A DNA stretch of 64,000 nt from Chitinophagaceae bacterium (GTDB lineage Bacteria > Bacteroidota > Bacteroidia > Chitinophagales > Chitinophagaceae), in the NCBI GenBank assembly GCA_043752205.1, contig JAYUYX010000141.1:14304-78303 (forward strand). Direction: 5' to 3'. Positions 45,225 through 55,647 of the stretch are shown piece after piece. The position numbers and the translations under genes are program-made. Under the pieces are notes generated by a model. The model was given only the letters and a program-made list of their open reading frames with translations. It was not told the DNA's origin and ran no database searches. The stretch's first letter is position 1. Every line of letters starts with the position of its first letter.

Positions 45225-46724
45225 ATGAAAGCTTTAAAAAATATCTTCCTTTTATTATTTGTTCTGCTTTTATACTCGTGCGCCTCCACTAAAAGTTACA
45301 ATCCGCAAAAAAAGTTCTCCGTACAGCAATTACAGGAAGATTATTCTTTATTAAGAAATATCCTGGAAACAAAACATCCATCGCTTTACTGGTATACCGG
45401 AAAGGATAGTATGGATATGTATTTTGAAAAATATTATGCGGCTATTAAAGATAGCATGACCGAGCAGCAGTTTGGCTGGAAAATACTTGCACCACTTACT
45501 GATAAGATCCATTGCGGCCATACCAGCTTTGGCAGGAGCAAGGCATACAATAAATGGGCTGCCGATAAAAAATTCCCCTCTTTTCCGCTTTTTATGAAAG
45601 TGTGGAATGATACTATGGCTGTTACCAAGAACCTCAACAGGAAAGATTCCATTTTAAAAAGAGGAACACTTATCACTTCGATAAATGGATTAAGAAATCA
45701 GGAACTGAAAGAAGTAATGTTCAATTACATGACAGAAGACGGGTATGCCAATAATGTAAATTATTTAAGGCTCAGCAATAATTTTCCTTATTACCACCGT
45801 AATATTTTTGGAGTAAGCAGAACGTATGCCGTTACTTATTTAGATAGCGCCGGGAAAGAACAATTAAAAAACATTCCTGCTTTTGAAATGATCGTTGACA
45901 GCAGTAAAAAAATAAAAGACAGTGTTTTAACAACAAGGCAGCCCAGGGACAAAAAACAAACACGTCAAAAAAAATTACTGGAGCTACGTTCCCTCGCCGT
46001 AGATACCGCAAACAATACAGCCATAATTACCATTAATACTTTTTCTTCGGGAAGCCTGCGTAAATTTTACAGGCAAACTTTCAGGTACATTAAAAAAACG
46101 GGCATTGCTAATGTAGTGCTTGATATCAGGAGTAATGGTGGCGGAAGGATCAGGCTGTCAACTTTATTAACTAAATATGTAAGCCGGACCAATTTTAAAG
46201 TTGCTGATACTTCTTTTGCTGTTACAAAATCGTTGCGACCATATTCAAAATACATTAAAGATGGTTTTGTAAATAATCTCGGACTTTTTTTTCTTACTAA
46301 GAAAAATAAAGATGGGCTTTACCATTTTGGCCACTGGGAAAGAAAAACATACAAGCCCAAAAAGCAAAATCATTATGGGGGTAACTTGTATGTACTTATT
46401 AATGGGAATACTTTTTCGGCGGCAGCCTTATTTAGTAATGCTGTAAAAGGTCAGCCGGGCGTTATGTTTGTAGGAGAAGAAACTGGCGGCGGCTGGCATG
46501 GCAACAATGGTATTTTAATTCCGGATATTATTTTACCTAACACCAGTTTAAAGGTAAGGCTGCCTTTGTTCAGGCTGGTGCAGTATAATCATAAACCAAA
46601 AGATGGTAGGGGCATTGAGCCCGACATTTTTATTGGAACCAATTATGATGCGCTTTTAAAAGGCATTGATCATAAAATGAAAGTTGTTATGGAAATAATC
46701 CAGGAAAAAAAGAGCAGGAATTAA
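45225..46724 (+). CDS. S41-family peptidase-like exported protein
   Basis: Lipoprotein-type signal (LLYSC). The C-terminal S41 block is VLDIRSNGGG...VLINGNTFSAAALF, containing the Ser nucleophile context. Confidence 0.7.
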   Translation: MKALKNIFLLLFVLLLYSCASTKSYNPQKKFSVQQLQEDYSLLRNILETKHPSLYWYTGKDSMDMYFEKYYAAIKDSMTEQQFGWKILAPLTDKIHCGHTSFGRSKAYNKWAADKKFPSFPLFMKVWNDTMAVTKNLNRKDSILKRGTLITSINGLRNQELKEVMFNYMTEDGYANNVNYLRLSNNFPYYHRNIFGVSRTYAVTYLDSAGKEQLKNIPAFEMIVDSSKKIKDSVLTTRQPRDKKQTRQKKLLELRSLAVDTANNTAIITINTFSSGSLRKFYRQTFRYIKKTGIANVVLDIRSNGGGRIRLSTLLTKYVSRTNFKVADTSFAVTKSLRPYSKYIKDGFVNNLGLFFLTKKNKDGLYHFGHWERKTYKPKKQNHYGGNLYVLINGNTFSAAALFSNAVKGQPGVMFVGEETGGGWHGNNGILIPDIILPNTSLKVRLPLFRLVQYNHKPKDGRGIEPDIFIGTNYDALLKGIDHKMKVVMEIIQEKKSRN

Positions 46725-46725
46725 T

Positions 46726-47514
46726 TTATTCTATGTTGAATGAGTCCGCATCTTTCCAGAAAGGAAACTTTGTTCTTACTTCCTCCAGTAATTCTTTCTG
46801 AAGTATTATTGTATTTACATCTTCCTCATCTGCCATGTGATAAAGCACCTGGCCTGTAGGATCTATCACCAAACTATTGCCGCTGTAATAAATATTGTTT
46901 GCATCGGTACCTACACGATTCACACCAACCACATAACATTGATTTTCTATCGCCCGGGCACACAATAAAGTTTTCCAGGCATGGCTGCGGCGTTCTGGCC
47001 AGTTGGCAACATATATTAACACATCATATTCAGTGCTCTCCTCTTTGTTCTTTTGTCTTGCCCACACAGGAAATCTAAGGTCATAGCAAACCAGTAAATT
47101 TATTTTCCAGCCTTTTACCGAGGCTATTAATCTTTTATTGCCGGGGCGGTAATGTTTATCTTCTTCGCCATACGCAAATAAATGCCGCTTGTCGTAAGAT
47201 CCATATTGGCCATTGGGTAACATCCATACCAGCCGGTTATAATAATTTTCTTCTTCTTTTATCATCAGGCTTCCGGTAAGTACAATATTATTTTCCCTGC
47301 TTACTCTTTTCATCCATTCGATCGTTTCGCCTCCCATCGTTTCTGCTAATACTTCGGGCCGCATACTGAAACCCGTGGTAAACATTTCGGGCAGCACTAC
47401 AATTTCTGTTTTCTCTTCCATGCCCGTAATCTTTTGTTCCAGCATCCGCAGGTTGGCGGCTTTATTTTCCCAGGTTAAATTGCTTTGTATGGTAGTAATA
47501 GTTAGCGTAGGCAT
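46726..47514 (-). CDS. carbon-nitrogen hydrolase (omega-amidase/YafV-like)
   Basis: Glu-Lys-Cys triad contexts VLPEMF, YDKRHLF and LVCYDLRFP; 262 aa. Confidence 0.85.
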   Translation of the reverse strand: MPTLTITTIQSNLTWENKAANLRMLEQKITGMEEKTEIVVLPEMFTTGFSMRPEVLAETMGGETIEWMKRVSRENNIVLTGSLMIKEEENYYNRLVWMLPNGQYGSYDKRHLFAYGEEDKHYRPGNKRLIASVKGWKINLLVCYDLRFPVWARQKNKEESTEYDVLIYVANWPERRSHAWKTLLCARAIENQCYVVGVNRVGTDANNIYYSGNSLVIDPTGQVLYHMADEEDVNTIILQKELLEEVRTKFPFWKDADSFNIE

Positions 47515-47746
47515 GAATTTGAGTTATACACGAATTTACGAATAGAAAGGATAACTAATGGCCCATTTCATGTTTTATCAGCCCATTAAAAAACAAAACT
47601 GTAAATTTGCATTCCACTTCCTTTCATAGACGGCCTGTTGCAGGCTACCTGCCTACCGGCAGGCAGGTGTGGTAATAATAATTTTCCTGCTGATTCAGAA
47701 TATGCAACGTCTTTGCCAGCCCATACAAACATAAATAAACCATTTA

Positions 47747-49003
47747 ATGGCATTTAAAAAATTAGATCTTATTGATCCTATCCTCAAAGCATTAATCACC
47801 GAAGGATACACAATTCCAACACCAATTCAGGCACAAAGTATTCCCTTGATCTTAGAAGAAAGAGACCTGCTGGGTTGTGCGCAAACAGGAACCGGCAAAA
47901 CTGCAGCATTTGCAATTCCTATTTTACAGCTGCTATATAAGAACAAAGGAGAAGAGCGTGGTCCGCATAAAATAAAAGTGCTCATCTTAACACCAACACG
48001 TGAGCTTGCCATACAGATAGATGAAAGTTTTGCTGCTTATGGTAAACACACTGGCTTAACGCATACTGTAATTTTTGGCGGTGTGTCACAATTACATCAA
48101 ACAAATATTTTAAGAAGAGGCGTAGATATTTTAGTGGCAACACCCGGCCGTTTACTCGACCTGATAAGCCAGGGTTTTATTGATCTTAAATTTCTGAAAA
48201 TATTTGTACTTGATGAAGCAGACCGTATGCTTGACATGGGATTTATACACGATGTAAAAAGGATCATCACCAAGCTGCCTGCAAAACGGCAAACACTTTT
48301 TTTCTCGGCCACTATGCCGCCCGAAATTCAAAAGCTGGCAAATGTTCTTTTAACCAATCCTGCAAAAGTTGAGGTTACGCCGGTGTCTTCAACTGTTGAT
48401 GCTATTGAACAAAGCTTGTATTATGTAGGTAAAGCAGAAAAGCCAATCCTGTTATTACATTTATTAAAGGATGAAGATATTGTAACTGCATTGGTGTTTA
48501 CCAGAACCAAACATGGTGCTGATAAAGTTGTAAAATTTTTACACCGCCAAGAAATTACTGCAGCCGCTATTCATGGCAATAAGTCGCAAAATGCCAGGCA
48601 GCATGCATTAGGCCAATTTAAAACCGGAAAGTTACGGGTGTTGGTAGCTACTGATATTGCAGCCCGTGGTATTGATATTGATGACCTGAGCCATGTAATA
48701 AATTTTGAGTTGCCTAATGTTGCTGAGACTTATGTACATCGTATTGGCCGTACAGGAAGAGCGGGCAATACAGGTATTGCCATTTCTTTTTGCGATGCAG
48801 ATGAAAGAAGTGAATTAAAAGATATTCAAAAATTGATCGGCATTAACATACCCGTTATTCATAATCATCCTTATCTATTAAGTGCATCTGCTTTATCTAC
48901 CCCTTCGGCACCGGCACAAAAACCGGGACCCAAGCGTTCCCGTGGTTATGGCTCGAATGATAGGGGAAAGAGCAGGAATTTTAATAGCCGAAGGCAGGGA
49001 TAA
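47747..49003 (+). CDS. rhlE: DEAD-box ATP-dependent RNA helicase
   Basis: Q-motif, AQTGTGKT, PTRELA, DEAD, SAT and HRIGRTGRAG, followed by a basic C-terminal tail. Confidence 0.9.
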   Translation: MAFKKLDLIDPILKALITEGYTIPTPIQAQSIPLILEERDLLGCAQTGTGKTAAFAIPILQLLYKNKGEERGPHKIKVLILTPTRELAIQIDESFAAYGKHTGLTHTVIFGGVSQLHQTNILRRGVDILVATPGRLLDLISQGFIDLKFLKIFVLDEADRMLDMGFIHDVKRIITKLPAKRQTLFFSATMPPEIQKLANVLLTNPAKVEVTPVSSTVDAIEQSLYYVGKAEKPILLLHLLKDEDIVTALVFTRTKHGADKVVKFLHRQEITAAAIHGNKSQNARQHALGQFKTGKLRVLVATDIAARGIDIDDLSHVINFELPNVAETYVHRIGRTGRAGNTGIAISFCDADERSELKDIQKLIGINIPVIHNHPYLLSASALSTPSAPAQKPGPKRSRGYGSNDRGKSRNFNSRRQG

Positions 49004-49075
49004 ACAAAATACCAGCCATGCGTATTGTACGATAGTTTATTGGTTGTATATTCAACTTCTAAAACTAACTAAATT

Positions 49076-49588
49076 ATGAAACATTCTTTTTTAAAGCTAA
49101 TAGGCGTTATTATTGTAACGATCCTTTTTAGTTCTTGTGCAAATGAAGCTACTAAAACCGAAACGGCTTCTTCATTCAGCCTCGACAGCGCCAAGGCAGA
49201 TATTACTGCCAGTAACAAAGTATTTGGCTCCAGTTTTGGTACGGGTGATTCTGCAGCATTTGCAAACCTTTATACAACGGATGGTTGTATGAACCCCCCA
49301 AATATGCCTAAGCTATGCGGCCAGGCAGGTATCGCTGCGTTTTTTAACGAGGGCTATAAGGGTGGCATTAAAAATATTGCCCTTACCACTGAAGAAGTTT
49401 TGGGCGGAAAAGATGGAGTTGTAGAAACGGGAAAATATGAAGTGTTTATTGCTGACAATGTATCGGTAGAAAAGGGAAAATATATTGTGATGTGGAAAGA
49501 AGAAAACGGAAAATGGAAAATGCACAGGGATAGCTGGAATTCAGACGCCCCACCGGCACCAGCTCCCGCTCCTGCAGAAAAAAAATAA
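49076..49588 (+). CDS. DUF4440/SnoaL-like (NTF2 fold) lipoprotein
   Basis: Lipobox FSSC, an NTF2-like core ending WKMHRDSWNSD, and a Pro/Ala tail. Confidence 0.6.
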   Translation: MKHSFLKLIGVIIVTILFSSCANEATKTETASSFSLDSAKADITASNKVFGSSFGTGDSAAFANLYTTDGCMNPPNMPKLCGQAGIAAFFNEGYKGGIKNIALTTEEVLGGKDGVVETGKYEVFIADNVSVEKGKYIVMWKEENGKWKMHRDSWNSDAPPAPAPAPAEKK

Positions 49589-49610
49589 TTCTTTAATTTT
49601 TTATATTTTT

Positions 49611-49640
49611 AAAACCGATGTTTAATGCTTCGGTTTTTTT
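49611..49640 (+). terminator. rho-independent terminator
   Basis: AAAACCGA...TCGGTTTT stem followed by a T-run, 22 nt after the stop. Confidence 0.7.
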
Positions 49641-49716
49641 TATGGCTTTAGGGTTAAAATAAAAATGTTAATTTCATTTAGTTTATTGCTGATCTGTTTT
49701 TAAAATACTTGATAAT

Positions 49717-50808
49717 ATGGCCGCCCGTAAATATTTATCTTACCTTTTTAACCCGATGGAATTATTGCGTACTAAAAAAGTATTGCAGGTAAATCCTACT
49801 ATAGCTTCTCCGCGGAAAGAACCAGAGCAAATAAAAATATTTGTACATGATTATGATGCCACTCATTTCGAGGTTAGGGAAATAAGCTCTATTACAGATA
49901 GTTTTAATTACCTGGCCTCTCCTACAACAACCTGGATAAATCTGGATGGTCTTCGTAAAGCCGATGTTGAGGAATTGAGTAACCATTATGGTATTCACTA
50001 TCTGATAACAGAAGATATTCTTAGCATGGGGCAGCGCCCAAAAATGGACGATATCAATGGTCTTATGTTTTGCGTTTTAAATATGCTTTATTTTAACGAA
50101 AAAGATTCTACTGTAGAGACAGAGCAGATCAGCATTGTGCTGGGAAAGGATTTTGTTATTAGTTACCAGGAAGATGCATCAAGGGATGTTTTTAATCCAC
50201 TGCGGGAACGGCTAAAAATCAATAGCAGCAAGGTTCGGCAAAACGGTGCCGATTTTCTTTTTTATTCGCTTATTGATATGATCGTTGATAATTATTACCT
50301 CGTTATGGAAAAACTTGGTGAAAAGATTGAAATACTTGAAGAAGATATTATACGAAATGCCAACAAGCGTACACTTGCAAAGATCAATATGCTTAGAAAG
50401 GAAATGATCATATTAAAACGAAGTATAGGGCCTGTGAGAGAATTGGTAAATGGCATTTTAAGAAGCGAAAGCGACCTGATAGAAGAAAGAACAGAAAAAT
50501 ATTTTAAAGATGTGTATGATCATATCATCCAGGCAAATGATCTTTCGGAAAACTACAGGGATATGATGATGAACCTGCAGGATCTATACCTGAGTAATGT
50601 GAATTTAAAAATGAACGAGGTGATGAAAGTTATGGCAGTGGTAACCTGTTTATTAGCGCCGGCAACAGTAATTGGCGGAATATTCGGGATGAATTTTGAT
50701 GTTATTCCTTTTGCACACGAACAGATCGGCTTCTATTCTATTGTAGGTTTAATGATCTTTATCCCGCTACTGATGTTATATATATTTAAGAAAAGAGGAT
50801 GGTTTTAA
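49717..50808 (+). CDS. corA: magnesium/cobalt transporter CorA
   Basis: The C-terminus has two TM helices with the GMNF signature (IFGMNF). The start is uncertain: 49717, or 49756 (MELLRTKK). Confidence 0.9.
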   Translation: MAARKYLSYLFNPMELLRTKKVLQVNPTIASPRKEPEQIKIFVHDYDATHFEVREISSITDSFNYLASPTTTWINLDGLRKADVEELSNHYGIHYLITEDILSMGQRPKMDDINGLMFCVLNMLYFNEKDSTVETEQISIVLGKDFVISYQEDASRDVFNPLRERLKINSSKVRQNGADFLFYSLIDMIVDNYYLVMEKLGEKIEILEEDIIRNANKRTLAKINMLRKEMIILKRSIGPVRELVNGILRSESDLIEERTEKYFKDVYDHIIQANDLSENYRDMMMNLQDLYLSNVNLKMNEVMKVMAVVTCLLAPATVIGGIFGMNFDVIPFAHEQIGFYSIVGLMIFIPLLMLYIFKKRGWF

Positions 50809-51320
50809 ACCGCTCTTGGTTTTTTATAAATAGGTACAGTGCTACAGGGTTCGCCATACATAATGCTTTTTACAACCGGCCTTAACAATGCGGTTATGGC
50901 TACATAAGCTGTTTCAGAAACAGGCAATTCGCCACAGCCCTTAACTACCACCCGTTGGTCTTTGTAATCTTCCGGGTTGATTTTTTCTATATTTTTTAAA
51001 AACAGGTTTTTGTGTAAAAAATCTGCATCGCCAAAAATGATATCTTTTGCTATGGGCTGTAGATAGCTTGATACAAGCATGTAAGCCCACATGGGTATCA
51101 CAGCATCGGCGCTACAAGTAAGTGCTATGTTTTTATTTGTGTAGGGAGTAAGATCAAGGTTTTTCATAGCTTCTCTGAAATCTTTTTCTTTCAGGATAAG
51201 CCCCATGAAAAGATGATCCTTCATATCAAAAACTGCAATCTCTTCTTTAGGATAAAAGTCTTCCAGATTGAGCGTAATTATCCCGCTCTCCGAAACTTTA
51301 TTTACAAACACTTCATCCAT
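50805..51320 (-). CDS. DUF2480 family protein
   Basis: About 171 aa. The N-terminus MDEVFVNKVSESGIITLNLEDFYP matches my recollection of this Bacteroidota-specific family. The track's longer start runs through a terminator hairpin. Confidence 0.6.
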   Translation of the reverse strand: MDEVFVNKVSESGIITLNLEDFYPKEEIAVFDMKDHLFMGLILKEKDFREAMKNLDLTPYTNKNIALTCSADAVIPMWAYMLVSSYLQPIAKDIIFGDADFLHKNLFLKNIEKINPEDYKDQRVVVKGCGELPVSETAYVAITALLRPVVKSIMYGEPCSTVPIYKKPRAV

Positions 51321-51332
51321 GGCACAAAGATA

Positions 51333-51368
51333 AAACAAAACAGCCATCACTATAATGATGGCTGTTTT
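51333..51368 (-). terminator. rho-independent terminator of the PpiD-like gene
   Basis: 12-bp perfect stem AACAGCCATCA(C)/TGATGGCTGTT. On the minus strand it is followed by TTTTGTTTTAT. Confidence 0.75.
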
Positions 51369-51392
51369 CTATAAAAGGAATAAAATGTTGTA

Positions 51393-53537
51393 TTAAAAGA
51401 ATTCGCTCCTGTTATCTTTAATGGTAGCTTTTTTGCGTAGCCCTTCAAACCAATTTGATACTGCCTGGTTACGTAATGCTGTAGTTTGCTGCAGCCTCAG
51501 CTGAATTTTATCTTCATTAGGATCGACCGCTTTTTCAACAATAGCATTTACCCTGAAAACATATACGCCGGATTTACCGATAACCGGCGCGGACACTTTA
51601 TTTAAATTGGCTTTATTAAATATGGCACCAATCACTTTAGGTTCGTTCCCAATTCCGGTAATGATCTGCGATTTAAATATTATTGAAGAATCAGCACCAG
51701 CAGTTAAAATTTCTGTTGCATATTTTGAAGCGGCAGTTTCTAAGGTTGGATTAGCGCCCAGGTTCTTTATAATCTGTTCTGCTTTCTTTTCTTCCCTGAT
51801 CACTTGTACAGGGTTTACAGTAGTATTAAGCTTTGCAGTTTCAACATCCTGTGTACCTTCTTTATAAACCTTATCAACAGTAGCTACTACAAATTGGTCG
51901 CCAACAGTCATTGGGTCGCTCACATCTCCTTTTTTAGCTTCAAACACCCAACGTACCAATTGTCTTGCATCCTGCATCTGCTGACCTATCTGTGCATCGT
52001 TCTCTTTAATTAATGTAGGGTTAGATGTTTTGCTGATGCCTTTACTTTTTAAATATTCATCAAATTTCTTTAGATCTTTTATTGCAGAAAGCTTTAATGC
52101 TTCATTGCTTGCTTTATTAATAGTTTCTTCACTTGCAAAGATCTCTTTAGCTAAAAATCCAATTTTATAAGCTGGGCTTGCCCCTTTCTGGCTTATCACC
52201 TCCATAATATGGTATCCAAACTGGGTTTTCACTACACCTTTAGATCCTGCAGGTTTTTCAAAACTGTATTTATTAAATTCAGGGACCATAGCACCATAAC
52301 CAAAAGTTCCCAGGTCGCCGCCTTTATCTTTACTTCCATCAGCAGAATATTGCAAAGCCAACATAGCAAAGTTTGCTCCGCCGTTAACAGCGTTGTAAAT
52401 ACTATCTGCACGTTTTTTAGCAATACTATCTTCCAGTAAGGGTTCGCCTGTTTGAGAATTTACTGTAGCAATTAATATGTGCCTTACGTGAGCACTATCT
52501 GGCAAAGTTTTACTTCCTAGTATTTTTGCCATTACATAATTCTTATTATCTACATAGGGTCCATAAACTGAACCTGCAGGTAACCTGATGATTGAATCCA
52601 GTGCGGTGCTTTGGATCTTTGATTTTGGTAGATAGTTGGTATCAAAATCTATAGTTGATGTATTTCTCGCTAAAAAGGTTTTAAGATTTGTTTCGTTTGT
52701 AAAATCATTTCTTAAAGCCTCTACAACAGCTTTTATATTCGCACTATCTGCGGGGCTTGGCAACTGGCTGAAACTTACATAAGATATCATACGGCCTGCT
52801 TCCTGCTTAAAAAGATCTTTATGCTTTTCTATATATTTTTCAATTTCAGCATCGGTAACAGTAATTGAGCTGTCGCTGATGCTTTGGTAGGGAACCTGCA
52901 CATAAGAAATATTTGCAAAACTCTTACTTTCCTTTGCGTCTTTTTCTTCCATCCAGGTTGGATAATAGGCACTGGCATTTAATAAGGCAAAATATTTTGT
53001 TGAAACACTGGTTAATTTTTGAGGCTCGATGATCTGTGTGTTTACCATATCCCATTGTTCGCCTTTCATTTTTTTGATATTGGCCATAGCTTGTCCCACC
53101 TTACTCATGTCTAATTTGCCTGTAGCAGGATCAACCATTGACTTGTCCTGCATAAGGGGATTAGAGGGGTCGTTGCTCTTTAATACATTATCCAGTTCTT
53201 TTGAGGTAAATTCAATACCAAGTTTTGAAGCCTCGGCATAAAATACCTTTTCAGCTACAATTTGATTCCAAACCTGCTCACGTATCTGGGCTGATCGGCT
53301 GTTGGTAGGTTTTTGACCTGATTGTTGCTCTTCCTGGGTTTCTAAATTTCTTACTTTCTTGGAAAATTCATTCTGCTCAACAGGCTGTCCATTTACTTTA
53401 CCAATACTTCCCGAACCTGCACTATAATTATTGCCACCCTGTTTGGCATCCATTAATATGAAGCCAATTAAGCTAAGTGATATCACTACAATAACAATTG
53501 CAGCTCCTTTTTCACGAATTCCCTGAATAATTTGCAT
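51393..53537 (-). CDS. ppiD: periplasmic chaperone / peptidyl-prolyl isomerase, PpiD-like
   Basis: 714 aa. N-terminal TM anchor, SurA-N-like domain, central parvulin block (HVRHILI...FGYHIMEV) and a long C-terminal chaperone region. Confidence 0.8.
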   Translation of the reverse strand: MQIIQGIREKGAAIVIVVISLSLIGFILMDAKQGGNNYSAGSGSIGKVNGQPVEQNEFSKKVRNLETQEEQQSGQKPTNSRSAQIREQVWNQIVAEKVFYAEASKLGIEFTSKELDNVLKSNDPSNPLMQDKSMVDPATGKLDMSKVGQAMANIKKMKGEQWDMVNTQIIEPQKLTSVSTKYFALLNASAYYPTWMEEKDAKESKSFANISYVQVPYQSISDSSITVTDAEIEKYIEKHKDLFKQEAGRMISYVSFSQLPSPADSANIKAVVEALRNDFTNETNLKTFLARNTSTIDFDTNYLPKSKIQSTALDSIIRLPAGSVYGPYVDNKNYVMAKILGSKTLPDSAHVRHILIATVNSQTGEPLLEDSIAKKRADSIYNAVNGGANFAMLALQYSADGSKDKGGDLGTFGYGAMVPEFNKYSFEKPAGSKGVVKTQFGYHIMEVISQKGASPAYKIGFLAKEIFASEETINKASNEALKLSAIKDLKKFDEYLKSKGISKTSNPTLIKENDAQIGQQMQDARQLVRWVFEAKKGDVSDPMTVGDQFVVATVDKVYKEGTQDVETAKLNTTVNPVQVIREEKKAEQIIKNLGANPTLETAASKYATEILTAGADSSIIFKSQIITGIGNEPKVIGAIFNKANLNKVSAPVIGKSGVYVFRVNAIVEKAVDPNEDKIQLRLQQTTALRNQAVSNWFEGLRKKATIKDNRSEFF

Positions 53538-53908
53538 AAGTATACTATATTAAATTTTGGAGGGCAAAAATAGGGTAAAAATGTATATAAATTAAGATTT
53601 AAAAGGGGTTAGGTACATATATTATATTATGGCTGTATACTCTATTATCAGGGCTACGCTTGCAATCAGCTTCTGTAACTTGCCAAGAGAACTCACTTTT
53701 TGGTAGATTTCAACACCTGTTTGTTGATAAGGTTGATTTACTGTGGGTAACCCTGCTTTTCTTCCTTTGAAAATATGGGTAAAATGATCAAAGTTTTATG
53801 AAAGTAAAAATGAAATACCTGGTGTTGTTATTAAGTTATCTTTTATACCGGTATTATCAACAGGGTTAAATTATGTATATATCAAAATTGTTTCCACCGT
53901 AGCAATTA

Positions 53909-53922
53909 TTAACAGCTGTTAA
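53909..53922. promoter_or_regulatory. perfect 14-bp palindrome TTAACAGCTGTTAA (operator candidate)
   Basis: Lies in the 590-nt ORF-free nadA/ppiD divergent region. The same 7-nt arms recur at 54139-54154, and a half-site occurs at 54073-54080. Confidence 0.4.
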
Positions 53923-54128
53923 GAAAAAAGTATAAAATTTAGGTGATTGTCAGGTGGTGTAGGTTCTAGTGATTAAAAGGTAAAAATAAAAATGTTAATT
54001 AGTTGTGTATGAGCGTTAATAAACTAAAGGTTTTAATTTTGCAATAGTTGCTGTTTTTATTCTTTCCACAAATTAACAGCCCTAGTAGTAGTAGATGATT
54101 ATATAAATAAGTAGTATTAATACATATT

Positions 54129-55133
54129 ATGGTAGATATTAACAGTGCTGTTAAAGCAATAAATACAAAAGGTTTTCTGGATGTTGATATAGATCCATCA
54201 ATTGATTTATTTGCGGAAATTGAAAAATTAAAAAAAGAAAAGAATGCGATAATACTGGCACATTATTACCAGGAGCCCGATATACAGGATGTGGCTGATT
54301 ATATAGGAGATAGTTTAGGCCTGGCACAACAGGCTGTAAAAACTGAAGCTGATATAATAGTATTTGCCGGTGTTCATTTTATGGCCGAAACTGCTAAAAT
54401 ACTTAATCCATCAAAAAAGGTTTTATTGCCAGATCTAAAAGCTGGTTGTTCTTTGAGTGATTCAGCACCCCCCCCACTGTTTAAACTCTTTAGAGATAAG
54501 TATCCTGAACATAAGGTTATAACTTACATTAACTGTTCTGCCGGTATTAAAGCATTAAGCGATATTATCTGTACTTCTTCTAATGCCCAAAAAATAGTTG
54601 AAAGCTTACCGGTTGATCAACCCGTCATTTTTGCTCCTGATAAGAACCTTGGGGCTTATATCAACAAACAGACGGGTAGAAATATGTTACTCTGGAACGG
54701 AGCCTGTATGGTTCACGAGATATTTAGCTTAGAGAAAATAATAAAATTGAAAATCCGACATCCTAAAGCTAAAGTTATTGCTCACCCGGAATGTGAGGAC
54801 CCTGTTTTAAAGATAACTGATTATATAGGCAGCACTACGGGCTTATTGAATTATACAAAAACAAACGAGGCCACTGAATTTATTGTAGCTACAGAAACAG
54901 GTATTTTGCACCAAATGCAAAAATCAAGTCCGCATAAAACTTTTATTCCGGCACCACCAAATAACAGTTGTGCCTGTAATGATTGCCCACATATGAAATT
55001 AAACACCTTGGAAAAATTATATTTGTGCCTGAAATATGAATTACCTGAAATAATAATGGATGAAGATTTAAGGCTGGCTGCAAAAAAACCTATTGATGAA
55101 ATGCTTAAAATAAGCGCACTATATGGACTTTAA
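54129..55133 (+). CDS. nadA: quinolinate synthase
   Basis: 334 aa with [15 protein letters not shown] and Fe-S Cys contexts ([21 protein letters not shown]). Confidence 0.92.
   Translation: MVDINSAVKAINTKGFLDVDIDPSIDLFAEIEKLKKEKNAIILAHYYQEPDIQDVADYIGDSLGLAQQAVKTEADIIVFAGVHFMAETAKILNPSKKVLLPDLKAGCSLSDSAPPPLFKLFRDKYPEHKVITYINCSAGIKALSDIICTSSNAQKIVESLPVDQPVIFAPDKNLGAYINKQTGRNMLLWNGACMVHEIFSLEKIIKLKIRHPKAKVIAHPECEDPVLKITDYIGSTTGLLNYTKTNEATEFIVATETGILHQMQKSSPHKTFIPAPPNNSCACNDCPHMKLNTLEKLYLCLKYELPEIIMDEDLRLAAKKPIDEMLKISALYGL
54139..54154. promoter_or_regulatory. inverted repeat TTAACAG-TG-CTGTTAA overlapping nadA codons 4-9
   Basis: It has the same 7-nt arms as the palindrome at 53909-53922, with a 2-nt spacer. 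Confidence 0.35.
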
Positions 55134-55638
55134 AAAAATATGTGGTTCTTTAAAAACAATATCTGTTATTAGTTTTACTTTACTTTTTTTTACCGGTTGT
55201 ATAAATAAAGATAAAAGCAATACTGATAATACTTTTTATATTGAATTGATAAATTTTTCTAATGACAGCCTGAAACAACATGTTTCTGAAAATATCTTTG
55301 GAAAAGTTTCATTTTATAAGAATAATAACCTTGAGATATTATCCTTAAACTATGCAACTGATAATTTACCAGATATGCACTATTTTAAAAATGCAGCAAC
55401 TTTAAAAAAAGATATAAAGGCGGATACCAAAAAAATAAGAATAGAGTTTAAAGGGAATTTTTCTCTTGATAGTATTAAATATTCACTTGAAAAATATAAG
55501 TACAAAAATAATCAATGGATTAAAACATCAAATATGGGTGAGATAAGAAACATGAAAAGCTTTGTGCAACCGAAGAATATAATAGATGAATTTGTGAGAC
55601 TAATAGTTTTAAACACAGTACAATACTCATATAATTAA
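55123..55638 (+). CDS. hypothetical lipoprotein
   Basis: Signal peptide with lipobox FFTGC; Asn/Lys-rich, 171 aa. It overlaps the nadA 3' end by 11 nt. Confidence 0.5.
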   Translation: MDFKKICGSLKTISVISFTLLFFTGCINKDKSNTDNTFYIELINFSNDSLKQHVSENIFGKVSFYKNNNLEILSLNYATDNLPDMHYFKNAATLKKDIKADTKKIRIEFKGNFSLDSIKYSLEKYKYKNNQWIKTSNMGEIRNMKSFVQPKNIIDEFVRLIVLNTVQYSYN

Positions 55639-55647
55639 AGATAATTT

